A stretch of 64,000 nucleotides of DNA from Cercozoa sp. M6MM. Lineage: Eukaryota > Protista > Endomyxa: Ascetosporea. Made by a program: the position numbers and the translations under genes. How positions within the stretch are numbered: position 1 is the first letter of the stretch; each line of letters starts with the position of its first letter. The notes under the pieces were generated by a model that was given only the letters and a program-made list of their open reading frames with translations, did no database searches and was not told the DNA's origin. The stretch lies in NCBI GenBank assembly GCA_040357565.1, contig JBDODJ010000010.1; one strand, given 5' to 3'. Shown one piece after another: positions 61,996-64,000 of this stretch.

Positions 61996-63782
61996 ATGCC
62001 TTCCTCCAACAGCAGCTCAGGCACGTCGAGTAAAGCCCCTTCCATAGCGTCGAGCTTGAATGGCATGAGTCATGAGCGCGAGTTGGCTGCAATAAACGGG
62101 CTGACTGCATTACGTCGATCGAGTAACTTTCTCCTACAACACCAAATTTATATTTTGACGAGAATTGGTGAAAGATTGACTGGGAGCCGTTTCTTTAGTG
62201 TTACCCCGGCGCAGTCGCTCGCTGTTACGCGACATTTCGTGCAACGACGACTCCGATGACTATAGACTTGCTGATGCGGAGAAAGAAGAAGAAGCGGAAG
62301 AGGATTTCGAGATTTGCTTAGACAGTCGTCGCTCCAGAAGAAAGCGCCGCACGCTGTACGAGAGGGAGGAAGGGCCGGCGCTCGCCGACTCGCTCGAGTA
62401 TCCGGTGAAGAAGAAGCGCTGCACCGCACGTGCTCAGACAGCTGATAGCAACAAAGTCTACTGCTCTATGTGTAAGACCACGATGTAAGTTCTCTCATGC
62501 ATTATTTTTTATTTGTCCGCATTTTCTATCTTCGGTGTGCATTTTCCGTTTGTTTCTAGGACCTCTCACAACAAACCGCAGTTGTTCGCACACTGTATGA
62601 ATACGATTCACCGAATATTTATGTTCAACGAATACCGATGAATGTTTAGTCGCTGGCCACTTTGGACTGAAATGGCTCAGACTGCGCTCTGCCCCTCATC
62701 TGACCCATTGGAGTTACTCAGGCCTTTCGACCCTCGGTAGATTCACGCTCAACATAACTCTTAGTTTTAATTTTTGAACGAAAGCAAACTTTTAGCACGC
62801 AAGCACGGCATGCTGCATAAGAAGAACCCAGAAAATCGTAGCGGTGCAGCAGCTAGACTTAGTGTCGCCGAAGTGGAACAGCTACTTTCCAAAAGCAACT
62901 GGACTCGAGTTTTGAAGAAGTGCATCAACGAGGAAATCGTCGAGGCCTTTCGAATGTTGCAACGCCTCGTAGCAGACGAAAAATGTCTTTGCTTCTTCGA
63001 CACGGCCAAGGCAACAGAATTCAATGTCCGCAAACGCTCCACGCTGCACCTTCCCGCCGAGATTCGTGCCGAAATTCTCGGTAAAGGTAATACTTAAAAT
63101 ACGATTAAAAATCTACAATCAACCAGTATGTGTGCACCTGTTTGTTACCTCTCCTGCCTAGAAAATAACGACAAGGATGAAACGCAGGTCCAAGAAGACG
63201 AGAACGAAACTATCTCCTGTTTGAGTGTAAAATTTAAAAGCTACCCGTTTGCAGACAATGTTATGTCCTTAAAAGTGCAGTTTGTATATTTTTCTTTTCA
63301 AACGGCAGGCTGAGACTACTCTGGATAGTTCTTTTGGAGGAAAAAGACCCGTGACGCTTGGAAGCATCGTCGGAAGGTGTGCCTTCAACTCAGATTTGCG
63401 TACTACAGACAGCTCCGTAGCGCACAGGCTGAGAAGCAAGGTTAATCCTTTTGGAGCGAGAAGTTGGATTTTTAAAAACGCAGCACAAGCTGCAAGTGCG
63501 GTGGTGCGCGCACACGTAGCTTCAAAGCAGGCCAGAACAGTGTTTCCGACGGGAATTCCTGCTTTCAGCGCTCGCAATATCAAAAGCCAAAGCAATCAGC
63601 TGACTGCGCGTATCACCGGTATCACTTTTGATAGCGTCGTACAAACGTATGAACGAAACTTGACTTTCCTTGTAGCACTAAAGCAAGAACTGGCCAAGCT
63701 TGAGAGGGAGCAAATGCTTGCTGCACAGAAGGCAACATTTGCGCAGAACTTTGAGAACGAGTTCAATCGCTGTGCAAGGTAA
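61996..63782 (+). CDS. Hypothetical multi-exon nuclear-type protein (may continue past the window end)
   Basis: Chained plus-strand ORFs with acidic/basic tracts (RRSRRKRR, PVKKKR), a CSMC motif and a helical C-terminus. Confidence 0.45.
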
Positions 63783-64000
63783 CTTTAGCTAGTCTTCAAT
63801 TTCCCTTCACGCAATGGTCTCTTAGCGAACACTTGATTTCCAACGATGCAAGCACACGCAACGTGTTTTTTCAACTGCTGCAATGCGACAGCCTCGAGAA
63901 TATTCCAGACGACCTCCCTCCACAGCAGCAACTGCGGCAGCAGTATCGGCAACAACATCAACGGAATGTGCAACTTAGCTTGCCTTCTCTTCACGGCAGT

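Overview
Gene-dense eukaryotic (protist-type) genomic DNA using the standard code. Genes are split by many short GT-AG introns, mostly with GTAC/GTGC/GTAT donors, and several introns carry (TG)n, (AG)n or (AT)n microsatellites with assembly N-gaps. Genes reconstructed by hand across introns: a tandem-RGS-domain protein, a ~8 kb armadillo-repeat gene with a C-terminal PH domain whose architecture matches the apicomplexan glideosome-associated connector (GAC), NCA2/DGS1, SRP9, YJU2/CWC16, a secretory DnaJ, RPP21, a coiled-coil protein, an MFS transporter, COQ9, the PP2A catalytic subunit, a mitochondrial carrier, RFC4, ZNF593/Bud20, an ACX4-like acyl-CoA oxidase, a GT60 GlcNAc transferase, a truncated ferrochelatase and a voltage-sensor-domain protein. 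Mobile DNA: a 5'-truncated RT/RNase H LINE inserted into the RPP21 coding sequence with a 14-bp TSD, dispersed copies of its 3' end, TGTTAC...GTAACA solo-LTR-like elements with 4-bp TSDs, and a four-level nested insertion at 40.5-41.6 kb. The most notable signal is the GAC-like gene in a genome that does not look apicomplexan. Gene coordinates are first-to-last-exon spans from manual reading, and some ends are approximate. All family calls come from motif recognition, with no database search.
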